Below, piece after piece: positions 53,665 to 64,000 of a stretch of 64,000 nt of DNA. The DNA is taken from contig JAJZVC010000012.1 in the NCBI GenBank assembly GCA_021845865.1, positions 29-64,028 of the forward strand. The letters are read 5' to 3'. The notes under the pieces are model-generated. The model was not told the origin of the DNA. It did not search any database and saw nothing but the letters and a program-made list of their open reading frames with translations. The position numbers were made by a program, and so were the translations under genes. Within the stretch, counting starts at the first letter, position 1. Every line of letters starts with the position of its first letter. The stretch comes from Pseudomonadota bacterium. GTDB taxonomy: Bacteria > Pseudomonadota > Gammaproteobacteria > Burkholderiales > UBA9220.

Positions 53665-54529
53665 TGGCGGGCGGCAGGCCCATCATCAGGGTGATGAGGT
53701 TGGCGAGGCGGTCGCGCATTTCGCGGCGGTCGATGATCAGGTCCACGGCGCCGTGCTCCACGAGGAATTCCGCCCGCTGGAAGCCTTCGGGCAGGGTCTC
53801 CCGCACCGTCTGCTCGATCACCCGGGGACCGGCGAAACCGATCAGGGCATTGGGCTCGGCGACGATCACGTCCCCCAGCATGGCGAAGCTCGCCGACACG
53901 CCGCCCATGGTGGGGTCGGTGAGGACGGAAATGAAGGGCAGCCGGGCCTCGGACAGCTTGGTCAGGGCGGCGCTGGTCTTGGCCATCTGCATCAGGGAGC
54001 TGAGGCCCTCCTGCATCCGCGCCCCGCCGCTGGCGGAGAAGCAGATGAAGGGAGCGTGGTGCTCCAGGCTCTGCTGCACGCCGCGCACGAAACGCTCTCC
54101 CACCACCGACCCCATGGAGCCGCCCATGAAGCTGAATTCGAAAGCCGCCGCCACCACCGGGATGGTCTTGATGGCGCCCTGCATCACCACCAGGGCGTCG
54201 GTTTCGCCGGTCTGCTTGCGCGCGTCCGTGAGGCGGTCGGGGTAGCGCTTGCTGTCCTTGAACTTGAGGCTGTCGGTGGGCTGCACCTCGGCGCCGATCT
54301 CGAAGCGGCCTTCCGGGTCCAGCAGGAAATCCAGGCGGGTGCGGGCGTTGATGCGGTGATGGTGGCCGCACTTGGGGCAAACCTCGAGATTCTTCTCCAG
54401 GTCAGCGCGGTACAGCACCGCCACGCAGGTCGGGCACTTGGACCACAACCCCTCGGGAACGGCTTTCTTGGCGCCCCCTTCGGTCTTGCGCTGAATCTTG
54501 GGCGGCAGCAGTTTCTGGAACCAGCTCAT
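53657..54529 (-). CDS. accD: Acetyl-CoA carboxylase carboxyltransferase beta subunit
   Basis: Zinc ribbon CPTCVAVLY...CPKCGHH and the carboxyltransferase domain. Confidence 0.95.
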   Translation of the reverse strand: MSWFQKLLPPKIQRKTEGGAKKAVPEGLWSKCPTCVAVLYRADLEKNLEVCPKCGHHHRINARTRLDFLLDPEGRFEIGAEVQPTDSLKFKDSKRYPDRLTDARKQTGETDALVVMQGAIKTIPVVAAAFEFSFMGGSMGSVVGERFVRGVQQSLEHHAPFICFSASGGARMQEGLSSLMQMAKTSAALTKLSEARLPFISVLTDPTMGGVSASFAMLGDVIVAEPNALIGFAGPRVIEQTVRETLPEGFQRAEFLVEHGAVDLIIDRREMRDRLANLITLMMGLPPANA

Positions 54530-54555
54530 GGGTGTCTCTCCCTATCGTTCTATCG

Positions 54556-55359
54556 TTATGCGGCTGCGTCGATGGCCTGGCGGAACCCGGCGACCAAGGC
54601 GGCCAGCTTGTCTTGCAATTCGGAAACCTTGGCGCCCTCGATTTCCTGCACGATGCGGCTGCCGATCACCACCGCGTCGGCGAACCCTGCCACCGCCTTG
54701 GCGGAAGCCGCGTCGCGGATGCCGAAACCCACGCCCACCGGCAAAGGCAGGGCGGCCTTGAGCCGGACCACGTTGCGCTCCACCTCGGCGGTGTCGATGT
54801 TGGCGGCGCCGGTGACCCCTTTCAGGGACACATAGTAGACAAATCCCCGGGCCAGCTTGGCCACCTGGGCGATGCGCTCGGCGGAGGAGGTGGGCGCCAG
54901 GAGATAAATCGGCGCCAGGTTCTTGGCGTGCAGCGCGGCGGCGAAGTCGGCGCTTTCCTCCGGCGGATAGTCCACCACCAGCACCCCGTCCACGCCCGCG
55001 GCGGAGGCCCGGTCGGCGAAGCTCGCCACCCCCATGGCCTCGATGGGGTTGGCGTAGCCCATCAGCACCACCGGGGTGTCGGCGTTCTTCTTGCGGAATT
55101 CGGCCACCATTTCCAGCACCATGGCGAGGCTCACGCCGTGGGCCAGGGCCCGCTCGGAAGCGCGCTGGATGGTGGGGCCGTCGGCCATGGGGTCGGAGAA
55201 CGGCACCCCCAGTTCGATCACGTCGGCCCCAGAGGTCACCAGGGTGTGCATCAGGGCCACGGTGTGCTTGGGGGCCGGGTCGCCGGCGGTGATGAAGGGA
55301 ATCAGGGCTTTTTTGCCCTGCTGCTTGAGACGGGAGAAGGTGGCGTCGAATCGGGACAT
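54556..55359 (-). CDS. trpA: Tryptophan synthase alpha chain
   Basis: ATG 55359, [28 protein letters not shown]... Confidence 0.9.
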   Translation of the reverse strand: MSRFDATFSRLKQQGKKALIPFITAGDPAPKHTVALMHTLVTSGADVIELGVPFSDPMADGPTIQRASERALAHGVSLAMVLEMVAEFRKKNADTPVVLMGYANPIEAMGVASFADRASAAGVDGVLVVDYPPEESADFAAALHAKNLAPIYLLAPTSSAERIAQVAKLARGFVYYVSLKGVTGAANIDTAEVERNVVRLKAALPLPVGVGFGIRDAASAKAVAGFADAVVIGSRIVQEIEGAKVSELQDKLAALVAGFRQAIDAAA

Positions 55360-55369
55360 ACAGCGCTTC

Positions 55370-56555
<1,186 letters not shown>

Positions 56556-56569
<14 letters not shown>

Positions 56570-57194
56570 TGCGCACTCCTTGCACGAACGCGGCGATCTT
56601 CGCCGCATCCTTGATGCCCTTCAGGGTATTGATTCCGTCGCTCGCCTCGACGCCGCTGGAGACGTCCACCGCCCAGGGCTTCACCCGCTCCACGGCCTGT
56701 TGCACGTTGGCGGGGTCGAGCCCGCCGGACAGCACCACCGGCAGGGGCAGGCCGCCGGGGATCAGGCTCCAGTCGAAGGACAGGCCGGTGCCGCCGGGAA
56801 TTCCCTCGACGAAGGCGTCCAGCAGCAGACCCCGGGCACTGGCGTAGCGGGCTGCGTATTGTACCAAATCCACCCCCGGTTTGACCCTAACCGCCTTAAG
56901 GTAAGGCTGGCCGAAGGATGCGCAGTATTCCGGCTCCTCGTCGCCGTGAAACTGGAGCAGGTCCAGGGGGGCCACCGCCAGGGTCGCCCGCACTTCCTCG
57001 GGACTGGCGTTGACGAACAGGCCGACGCTGGTGACGAAGGGCGGCAGCGTCCGCAGCAGTTCCGCCGCCCGCTGCGGCGTGACGTAGCGGGGGCTTTTCG
57101 GGTAGAACACCAGGCCGATGGCATCCGCCCCCAGGCGGGCGGCGGCGAGCAGGTCTTCTTCGCGGGTGATGCCGCAGATTTTGATGCGGGTCAT
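56556..57194 (-). CDS. trpF: Phosphoribosylanthranilate isomerase
   Basis: [30 protein letters not shown]... Confidence 0.9.
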
Positions 57195-57239
57195 GAGGTT
57201 GACGGGAAACCGAGAGAAAGCCGGAGGCGAAACTATACC

Positions 57240-58001
57240 TCAAAACGCCGGCAGCCCCCACTTCGGGTCGTAGCCGACGCCGGCGAGGTACAGCCCGTCG
57301 GGAGAGAAGGTGGGGGCGGCCAGGCGGCGGTCCCGGCTGGCCAGCAGCTGGCCCATCCACTCCGGCGGGTATTTACCCTTGCCCACGTAGACCAGGCAGC
57401 CGACGATGTTGCGCACCATGTGGTGAAGAAAGGCGCTGGCCGCCAAGTCGAACAAAATCAATTCGCCGTGGCGGCGGATATCGAGCCGGCGCAACTCCTT
57501 CACCGGCGACTTGGCTTGACACTCGGCGGCGCGGAAAGCGGAAAAGTCGTGTTCGCCGAGAAGATGGGCGGCTCCCTGGGCCATCGCCTCCACGTCCAAG
57601 GGATGGTGGAACCAGCCCACCTTCCCGGCCTCCAGGGCGGGGCGCACGGGGCGGTTGAGCAGGCGGTACTGGTAGCGCCGCTCCACGGCGCTGAAGCGGG
57701 CGTGGAAATCCTCCGCCACCTCCTGGGCCCACAGCACCCCAACGCCCTGGGGCAAAAGCGCATTCACCCCCCGCACCCAGGCGCTGGCAGGCCGACGGGC
57801 GGTGGTATCGAAATGCGCCACCTGGCGCAGGGCGTGGACGCCCGTATCCGTTCGCCCCGCCGTCACCACCCGGACGGTCTCGGCAGCGATGCCGGAAAGC
57901 GCCTGCTCCAGGGCGTCCTGCACGCCGCATTTCTCCGGCTGGCTTTGCCAGCCGCAAAAACCGCCGCCGTCGTACTCCAGCCCCAGAGCGATTCTCACCA
58001 T
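57240..58001 (-). CDS. truA: tRNA pseudouridine(38-40) synthase
   Basis: MVRIALGLEYDGGGFCGWQSQ...TAGRTDTGVHA. Confidence 0.9.
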   Translation of the reverse strand: MVRIALGLEYDGGGFCGWQSQPEKCGVQDALEQALSGIAAETVRVVTAGRTDTGVHALRQVAHFDTTARRPASAWVRGVNALLPQGVGVLWAQEVAEDFHARFSAVERRYQYRLLNRPVRPALEAGKVGWFHHPLDVEAMAQGAAHLLGEHDFSAFRAAECQAKSPVKELRRLDIRRHGELILFDLAASAFLHHMVRNIVGCLVYVGKGKYPPEWMGQLLASRDRRLAAPTFSPDGLYLAGVGYDPKWGLPAF

Positions 58002-58615
58002 TGGGCCAGCCCTCCCATCATGGCCAGCAACATCAGCAACGCGGCGGCATCCCGCCCCCTCATCGCGCCCACCGTAACGGCGATACGCCGCGAGGAATTC
58101 CCGTCGAGGCCGTCCAGCTCACCGGCCAGCAGCCGATGCCAATCTTCCCGGGTCCATTTTTCGGAGCCCTCGGCGTATTCAAGGGTCAGCCACACCCGAC
58201 CCGCCACCCGGCGCACGTTCACCCCCAGCCAATGCAGCGGCCACATCAGGCGAAAAAGGCCGGCGATCAGGCATTCGCGCCCGCAGGAACCGTGAAGCGC
58301 CGCCAGGCCCGCCAGCAGCAATGCCATGCGCCAGGCCTGCAACGCCCCGGCTTGCAATCCTTCCGCCGTGGGGCTCCAGGCCCCCAGCTCCGGCAGAAGC
58401 AGGCGGCCGGGGTAGGTTAGGGAATAAACCAGCAGCAGGGATAGCAGCAGCCAGCGGGCGCGGCGAAACAAGCGGGACAGGGGGGCTTGCCGCAGGCCAA
58501 CGAGCAGGGCGGCGAGGGCCAGGCTCGCCACCGCCAGGGCCGGGACAGCAAGCCATCCCACGAAGAGCGCGAACACGAGCCAGGCGGAAATGCGGGTGGC
58601 GGGATGAAGATTCAT
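57995..58615 (-). CDS. Integral membrane protein of unknown function
   Basis: 206 aa with several hydrophobic helices. Overlaps the truA start by 7 nt. Confidence 0.6.
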   Translation of the reverse strand: MNLHPATRISAWLVFALFVGWLAVPALAVASLALAALLVGLRQAPLSRLFRRARWLLLSLLLVYSLTYPGRLLLPELGAWSPTAEGLQAGALQAWRMALLLAGLAALHGSCGRECLIAGLFRLMWPLHWLGVNVRRVAGRVWLTLEYAEGSEKWTREDWHRLLAGELDGLDGNSSRRIAVTVGAMRGRDAAALLMLLAMMGGLAQW

Positions 58616-58649
58616 GCAATGTCAGCGGGGGGCGCGCCCCCGCAACGCG

Positions 58650-61600
58650 TCAACCCAGCTCGGCCAGCATGGATTTCGCTTCGTCCTGCTGCTGATCGCT
58701 GCCTTCGCCGAGCACTTCCTGAAGGATTTCCCGCGCGCCTTCCCGATCGCCCATTTCCATGTAGGCCTTGGCCAGATCGAGCTTGGTGGCGGCTTCCTGC
58801 CAGCGGCTTTCGTCCATGGCCGGAGCCGCTTCGGCGGCTGGAGACGGAGCCGTGGCGGCTTCGTCCAGGTCCAGGCTGATGCCGCCGAAATCCATATCGG
58901 GCACGGCAGGCGCTTCGGCCTTGGCTGCCGCCGGCGTCTCTTGGGCGGCAGCGGCCTCATCCAGGTTGAAATCGAAATCCAGGACGGAAATATCCAAATC
59001 CTCAGCGGGCGCGGGCGCCGCTTCGATAACCTCCTCGGCGGGCTGCTCGGCGGCTGCGGGCGCGGCCTCAACCGCGGGCGCGGCGGCGGGGGTTTCGGCC
59101 AGCATCGCGTCCATGGCGGAAAGATCGAAATCCATGCCCAAGTCCCCAGCGGCTGCCTCCGGCTTGGCTTCCTCGGCGGGAGCTTCCGCCGGCGGCGCCT
59201 CTTCCAGCGCGGCGGGCGCCTCGAATCCGGCGACATCCAGCATTTCTTCCGCAGCGGGCGCCGCAGCAGGCATTTCGGCTTCCTTGGCCGGTTCGGCAGG
59301 CGCCGACACCGCTCCGAAATCGAAATCCAGCGCATCGATATCGGCAACGGGAGCAGGCGCTGCCTCGGCCACCGGCGCGGCAGGCGCGGCCTCGGCAGCC
59401 GCCGGTTCTTCCAGGATGAAATCGAGGCCGGGTTCTTCCGGCTCAGCCGCCGCGACCGGGGCCGCCTCGGCACTCTCGCCGAGAACCAGGTCCAAGGCCT
59501 CCTCGCCCCCGGGCGCGGACACATCCAGCATTTCTTCTTCCGCCTGCGCCTTGGCCTCGCCCAGGTCGATATCCACGGCAGGCGCCGGCGCTTCCGCGGC
59601 CGGCATCTCTCCGGCGTCGAGGTTGAAGTCCAGGTCGGCCAGGCCGCTTTCTGCGGCGGGTTCCTGCATGGCCTCCATTTTTTCGGGGCTGAGAACCATG
59701 GTCTTTTCCATGTCCTCTTCCGCCGCCGGAGCCGGGGCCGTGCCGTATAGGGGATTGTGAGGGTCGAGGGTCCGCCCCATCTGAGCCGCCTTGTCCCAGA
59801 TCGGGCTTTGCTGCCCCTCCAACGCGGCATAGAGCTCGGTGGCAAGGGTCTCGAAGGCCGCCACGTTCTTGCGGCCGGCATAGATTTCCAGCAGCTTGAG
59901 GTGGATTTCGTAGCGATGGGGTTCCTTCGTCATCGCTTCCTTGAGTATCTCCTCCGCCTGCCCGTCGCGGCCGTAGGCCATGTAGACGTCGGCCTCGGCG
60001 ATGGGATCGACCTCGTTGGTGTCGATGGTGCCCAGGCCGGCCTGGGAGAAATCCGTCAGAAAGGAAGTATCCGACGCCGCGGCGCCGACCTTTGCCGCCG
60101 GCGCGCCCAGGTCGCCGCTGCTCATCATGCCGCTATCGAAGCTGGCCATGCGCTTTTCGCGAATCTTGCGCACCGCCGCCAGGGCTCCGCCGATAACCAG
60201 CAGCACCAGCGCCCCCAGACCGCCGAGGTACATCGGCTCTTCCATCACCTGGTCCACCAGGGAGGGCTCCGGAGCCGGTTCCGGCTTTTTCACCGGGGGT
60301 TTCTTGGGTTTCTCCGCCGGCTTGGCTTCCGCTTTCTTTTCTTCGGGTTTCTTCGCCTCGGCGGGCTGGGCGGTTTCCTTGGCCTCCGGCTTGGGCGGCT
60401 CTTCCGCCTTGGCGGCTTCCTTCTTCGCCTCGGGAGCAGCGGGCGCAGGCTGGGCCTGTTTCTGCATCGCGGCCATGCCTTGGCTCTTCACGTCCAGCAG
60501 GTGCTGCATGTCCTTGACGGTCTTTTCGAGCTGGGCGATGCGCTCGTTGGCGTCCTTGATGGCCTTTTCCTTCGCCACCAGGTCCTCCTGCAGCGCCTTG
60601 ACGCGCCCGTCGCCGCCCTTGCCCTCCCCCTTGGAAACCGTCAGCACGTCCTGGGACGGCTTGGGCGCCGCCTTTTCCTCGGTCTTGGCGGTGATCTTGC
60701 CCGCCGCCGCCTGCTTGGGCGCCGCTTCCTTCGCCGCGGGAGCGGGAGTGGCCTCCACCGCCGCCGCCAGCTTCTGTCGGTAGGCCTTCCAGTCCGAAAC
60801 CTGGGCGCGGATTTCGCGCGAAGCGTTGGTCTCGCCGATGGTGGCCGCCTCGTCAGCCGTGGGCACGTTGAGGATTTTGCCCGTCACCAGGCGGTTCATG
60901 TTCTTGCCGGCGAACGCATCGGGGTTGGCCCGGTAGAGAGCGACCAGCATCTCTTCCAGGCTGACTTCCGCCGGCTTCAGCTCGCCGGCGATCTGGTAGA
61001 GGGTTTGCCCTTTCTTGACCGGCCCGTACTTCTCCGTCTGGGCCCTGCTCACCGCCGCGGGCGCCGGTTTTTTCACCGGTGCCGGCCTGGCTGTTTCGGC
61101 ACGGGGCTTTTCTTCCACGGGCTTGGCCTTGGCCGTTTCCGCCGGCTTGCTTTCAGGCGCCGGCAGCGGAACGGGAACCGGCGCCGCTTCGGCCTGACTT
61201 GTCGTCTTGTCGGCAATCGCCGGTAGGCTCACGGGCGCCACGGCTTCCTGTTTGGCATAGCCCGGCGGGTCGAGAAGGATGGTGTATTCGCGTACCAGGC
61301 GACCGGTAGGCCATTGGAGTTCGATCAGCATGTCGACGAAAGGATCGTTGATCGACTGGGAGGAAGACACCTTGATGACGGCGCCGCCGCTCCGCTTCTT
61401 TTCCACTTCGAAACGCAAGGAGGACAAGGTGGGCGCGCGCTCCACGCCCACCTGACGGAACACGTCGCTGGAAGCCAGTTGCGCCTTCAGGGTGGACAAG
61501 TCCACGGTCGCGGCGTCCAACACCTCGATTTCCGCCCGCAAAGGCTCGCCGAGATTGGATAGCACTGATAGCCTCCCCAGGCCGGTCGCGCCGGCGGAGG

Positions 61601-61658
61601 ACGAAACCATCAGTGACAGGGCGGCATAAACTCCGAGGGTTATTTTCGAGTAGCGCAC
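58650..61658 (-). CDS. fimV: FimV-like peptidoglycan-binding pilus/polar organiser protein
   Basis: Signal/anchor then LGRLSVLSNLGEPLRAEIEV, LysM (YGPVKKGQTLYQIAGEL...ILNVP), TM helix, very acidic Ala/Glu/Pro repeats, C-terminal TPR-like FimV motif (KLDLAKAYMEMGDREGAREILQEVL). GTG 61658 with AAGGAAGG RBS is preferred over the TTG at 61679. Confidence 0.85.
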   Translation of the reverse strand: MRYSKITLGVYAALSLMVSSSAGATGLGRLSVLSNLGEPLRAEIEVLDAATVDLSTLKAQLASSDVFRQVGVERAPTLSSLRFEVEKKRSGGAVIKVSSSQSINDPFVDMLIELQWPTGRLVREYTILLDPPGYAKQEAVAPVSLPAIADKTTSQAEAAPVPVPLPAPESKPAETAKAKPVEEKPRAETARPAPVKKPAPAAVSRAQTEKYGPVKKGQTLYQIAGELKPAEVSLEEMLVALYRANPDAFAGKNMNRLVTGKILNVPTADEAATIGETNASREIRAQVSDWKAYRQKLAAAVEATPAPAAKEAAPKQAAAGKITAKTEEKAAPKPSQDVLTVSKGEGKGGDGRVKALQEDLVAKEKAIKDANERIAQLEKTVKDMQHLLDVKSQGMAAMQKQAQPAPAAPEAKKEAAKAEEPPKPEAKETAQPAEAKKPEEKKAEAKPAEKPKKPPVKKPEPAPEPSLVDQVMEEPMYLGGLGALVLLVIGGALAAVRKIREKRMASFDSGMMSSGDLGAPAAKVGAAASDTSFLTDFSQAGLGTIDTNEVDPIAEADVYMAYGRDGQAEEILKEAMTKEPHRYEIHLKLLEIYAGRKNVAAFETLATELYAALEGQQSPIWDKAAQMGRTLDPHNPLYGTAPAPAAEEDMEKTMVLSPEKMEAMQEPAAESGLADLDFNLDAGEMPAAEAPAPAVDIDLGEAKAQAEEEMLDVSAPGGEEALDLVLGESAEAAPVAAAEPEEPGLDFILEEPAAAEAAPAAPVAEAAPAPVADIDALDFDFGAVSAPAEPAKEAEMPAAAPAAEEMLDVAGFEAPAALEEAPPAEAPAEEAKPEAAAGDLGMDFDLSAMDAMLAETPAAAPAVEAAPAAAEQPAEEVIEAAPAPAEDLDISVLDFDFNLDEAAAAQETPAAAKAEAPAVPDMDFGGISLDLDEAATAPSPAAEAAPAMDESRWQEAATKLDLAKAYMEMGDREGAREILQEVLGEGSDQQQDEAKSMLAELG

Positions 61659-61795
61659 GTTGCCTTCCTTATTAAGCAAACTCCATATTTGGATTTAACT
61701 TAACATCAACAAGTTAGACTTGCAAGCTAAACTTACACAAGATGTTTTGACGTTAAGTGCCGGAAGCAAACGGCACCCACGCCGCTCCACGAAGC

Positions 61796-63187
61796 TCAGA
61801 CAGCCGCGCGCCCCAAATGTCCAGCGATGCGGCGCAACACCTCTTCCCGCCCGATCAGTTCCAGCACCGCATCCACGGATGGGGTCTGGGTTTCGCCGGT
61901 CACGATCAGGCGCAAAGGCATGGCCAGGGCGGGAAACTTGATCCCCTTGCTCTTCACCATCTCCTTCAACAAGGCCGCCAGGGCTTCCCGCGTCCATTCC
62001 ACGGCCGTCAGACGGCCAGCCAGTTCTTCCACCACCGGCAGAATTTCCGGCGTCACATGCTGGGCCATCAGTTCGGGAGAGGGCTCCAGGGGGCGATAGA
62101 AATACACCGACGCATCGGCCAATTCCTCCAGGGTGCTAACCCGGTCCTTCAGCAATTCCATCACCGGCGGCAGGGCAGGGCCTTTTTCGGGATCGCAGCA
62201 ATCCGTCGCCATGAAGGGTCTCACCAGTTCGGCCAAGCGCTGGCTGTCGGCCGCTTTCAAGTACTGCTGATTCAGCCACAACAACTTTTCGGGATTGAAT
62301 TTGGCCGGCGATTTGCTGATATCGGAAACATCGAACCATTCGACGAACTGGTCCATGCCGAATACTTCCGCGTCGCCGTAGCCCCAGCCAAGGCGGGCCA
62401 GGTAGTTCAACAGCGCCTCGGGCAAGTAGCCGTCTTCCTGATACTGCATCACGCTCACGGCCCCGTGCCGCTTGGAAAGACGCTCGCCGTCCGCGCCCAA
62501 AATCATTGGCATATGGCCGTACACCGGCACCGGAGCCCCCAGCGCCTTGAGAATGTTGATCTGGCGCGGCGTGTTGGAAACATGGTCGTCGCCCCGCAGC
62601 ACGTGGCTGATTTTCATGTCCCAGTCGTCCACCACCACGCAGAAGTTATAGGTGGGCGTGCCATCGGGGCGGGCGATGATCAGATCGTCCAGCTCGCTGT
62701 TATGGACGGCGATCTTGCCCTTGATCATGTCGTCGAAGACCACCACCCCGTCCAGGGGGGTGGCAAAACGCACCACCGGCTGCACGCCGGGGCGCGCGGC
62801 GTTGGGATTGTCGCGGCAGCGGCGGTCGTAGCGGGGCTTCAGGCCAGCGGCCATCTGGTCCTCGCGCATTTGCTCCAGTTCTTCCTTGCTGCAATAACAG
62901 TGGTAGGCCTTGCCCTCGTCGAGAAGCTGCCGAATGACCTCCCGATAACGGTCCATGCGCTGCATCTGGTAGAACGGCCCCTCGTCGTAATCCAGGCCCA
63001 GCCAGTTCATGCCGTCGAGAATCGCCTGCACCGATTCGGGCGTGGAGCGCTCCAGGTCGGTGTCCTCGATGCGGAGCACGAAGGTACCCTTGTTCTTGCG
63101 GGCGAAAGCCCAGGAAAACAGCGCGGTGCGAGCGCCGCCGATATGTAAGTAGCCGGTGGGGCTGGGTGCGAAACGGGTGCGTATCAT
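61796..63187 (-). CDS. gltX: Glutamate--tRNA ligase
   Basis: [21 protein letters not shown] (HIGH motif) and RLSKRHGA (KMSKS-like). ATG 63187 preferred over the TTG at 63199. Confidence 0.95.
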   Translation of the reverse strand: MIRTRFAPSPTGYLHIGGARTALFSWAFARKNKGTFVLRIEDTDLERSTPESVQAILDGMNWLGLDYDEGPFYQMQRMDRYREVIRQLLDEGKAYHCYCSKEELEQMREDQMAAGLKPRYDRRCRDNPNAARPGVQPVVRFATPLDGVVVFDDMIKGKIAVHNSELDDLIIARPDGTPTYNFCVVVDDWDMKISHVLRGDDHVSNTPRQINILKALGAPVPVYGHMPMILGADGERLSKRHGAVSVMQYQEDGYLPEALLNYLARLGWGYGDAEVFGMDQFVEWFDVSDISKSPAKFNPEKLLWLNQQYLKAADSQRLAELVRPFMATDCCDPEKGPALPPVMELLKDRVSTLEELADASVYFYRPLEPSPELMAQHVTPEILPVVEELAGRLTAVEWTREALAALLKEMVKSKGIKFPALAMPLRLIVTGETQTPSVDAVLELIGREEVLRRIAGHLGRAAV

Positions 63188-63278
63188 GGAGGAGCGCAAT
63201 CGACAAAAGGAGCTATTCTAACCGTGATTGCCGCCCCCCCGAAACACCCGGCTTAATCAACCAAGAGCGCGGCGGGGG

Positions 63279-63307
63279 TTGACGAGCCCGATTCTTCTCC
63301 CTAAAAT
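63279..63307 (+). promoter_or_regulatory. Sigma70 promoter of the tRNA-Lys pair
   Basis: TTGACG-N17-TAAAAT followed by the GC-rich discriminator GCGCGG, 11 nt before the first tRNA. Confidence 0.6.
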
Positions 63308-63318
63308 GCGCGGTTTTC

Positions 63319-63395
63319 GGGTCGGTAGCTCAGTTGGTTAGAGCAGCGGACTTTTAATCCGTTGGTCGAGAGTTCGAGTCTCTCCCGACCCACCA
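63319..63395 (+). tRNA. tRNA-Lys (anticodon TTT)
   Basis: Cloverleaf read by eye: acceptor GGGTCGG/CCGACCC, anticodon arm GCGGA-CTTTTAA-TCCGT, T arm GAGAG-TTCGAGT-CTCTC, encoded CCA. Confidence 0.9.
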
Positions 63396-63424
63396 GAATT
63401 CCGGTTTTTCTGCGAAGAATCATC

Positions 63425-63500
63425 GGGTCGTTAGCTCAGTTGGTAGAGCAGCGGACTCTTAATCCGTAGGTCGAGTGTTCGAGCCACTCACGACCCACCA
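63425..63500 (+). tRNA. tRNA-Lys (anticodon CTT)
   Basis: Acceptor GGGTCGT/ACGACCC, anticodon arm GCGGA-CTCTTAA-TCCGT, encoded CCA. Confidence 0.9.
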
Positions 63501-63506
63501 ATCCAA

Positions 63507-63536
63507 AGCCTCGCGGCAATGCGGGGCTTATTCATT
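63507..63536 (+). terminator. Terminator hairpin after the tRNA pair
   Basis: AGCCTCGC-GGCAAT-GCGGGGCT followed by the T-rich TATTCATTT. Confidence 0.5.
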
Positions 63537-63867
63537 TCACCGCCCGCCTCCGCCCGTTCAACCAAGCGCGACAGCGGACACCGCCCCCCCCGTCCGCGGG
63601 AAACGCCACGGTTTCCCTCTCAGGAATCTCGGCGCCATCGGAAGCGCGTCAAAAGAACCACATCGCCAGCATCGCCGCGTCATCCATCAGCGCCATCAGC
63701 AGGAAAACCGCAAGACGATAGGCCAGCGGCTCGATGGTTAGCGCCATCTGTCTCAATGATGGCATTCCGCGCCGGGCAGAAAGCGATAGAAGGGAATCAT
63801 CCACGCCAAGCCCCTCGACCGAAACTTAAACGAAAAACGGCTCCCATCGATGGAAGCCGCGAACTGT

Positions 63868-63909
63868 TGGTGCCGGCAGCAGGAATCGAACCCGCGACCT
63901 TCTGATTAC
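63868..63909 (-). mobile_element. Isolated 3' half of a tRNA gene (Thr-like), candidate att repeat at a genomic-island boundary
   Basis: Minus strand reads ...GTAATCAGAAGGTCGCGGGTTCGATTCCTGCTGCCGGCACCA: anticodon-stem 3' strand, variable loop, complete T arm, acceptor 3' strand and CCA. No matching D arm or 5' acceptor follows. From about 63905 onward the DNA is AT-rich. Confidence 0.6.
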
Positions 63910-64000
63910 AAATTCCACGGTAATACAATACGTTACTGATAAACAAACAAAACACAGCAAAACCTAGCGAAAGGCAACGTTACACAAAAACAGTAAGTTA

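Noticed and set aside
58614-59881. Several 330-420 aa ORFs on both strands, and apparent DNA periodicity
   Set aside because: All overlap the acidic Ala/Glu/Pro low-complexity region of FimV. The periodicity reflects repetitive codons of that region, not an independent repeat element or extra genes.
63649-63765. 32-38 aa hydrophobic minus-strand ORF (MALTIEPLAYRLAVFLLMALMDDAAMLAMWFF)
   Set aside because: There is no convincing RBS, and it is too short to distinguish from chance in this GC-rich spacer between the tRNA genes and the tRNA fragment.

Overview
High-GC (about 65%) chromosomal segment with betaproteobacterial, Rhodocyclales-like gene order. The taxonomic call is inferred from synteny and protein resemblance only. 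Left to right the window holds five blocks.

(1) 136-10396, minus strand. A tightly packed eight-gene signalling operon: CHASE2 Ser/Thr kinase, PP2C phosphatase, double-FHA protein, CHASE2 class III cyclase, cNMP phosphodiesterase, TPR outer-membrane beta-barrel, FecR-domain protein.

(2) 11513-15989, plus strand. A GlrK/QseG/GlrR-like two-component module. It is followed by an exact sigma54 promoter with two TGTC-N10-GACA sites in front of a glycine-zipper envelope gene.

(3) About 16.1-44.4 kb. A nitrogen-fixation region:
- hemerythrin and an LRV-repeat gene;
- nifE(frameshifted)-nifN-nifX-DUF269-small ORF-fdxB-nifQ;
- an AmiC-like histidine kinase;
- nifHDK plus a 2Fe-2S ferredoxin;
- draT-orf-draG;
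- an ArsC-like nitrogenase-associated gene;
- an orphan FliD-like gene;
- a long operon nifB-fdxN-iscA-TPR-LRV(FeS)-nifZ-nifZ-(CheW-domain sensor)-nifT-orf-(SIR2-like)-GNAT.
Three sigma54 promoters with NifA-type TGT-N10-ACA sites are readable upstream of nifH, nifE and nifB. No nifA, nifUSV, nifW/M or rnf genes are in the window.

(4) speD-speE and a few small genes.

(5) A housekeeping block metZ-purF-cvpA-SPOR-folC-accD-trpA-trpB-trpF-truA-membrane-fimV-gltX, then two tRNA-Lys genes. It ends with a 3' tRNA fragment abutting AT-rich DNA at the right edge, probably a genomic-island boundary.

Most noteworthy observations:
- a family of about 90-115 bp inverted-repeat elements built from GGATGAA units, inserted at nifH|nifD, at the nifE 3' end and at the draG start;
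- a 1-nt deletion that splits nifE;
- a SIR2-like protein with apparently degenerate catalytic motifs, co-transcribed with a GNAT inside the nif operon;
- a 901-aa CheW-domain sensor inside the nif operon;
- an uncharacterised gene between draT and draG;
- the CHASE2/FecR/beta-barrel signalling operon.

All functional calls rest on reading the translated ORFs and on remembered family motifs. No database search was run.
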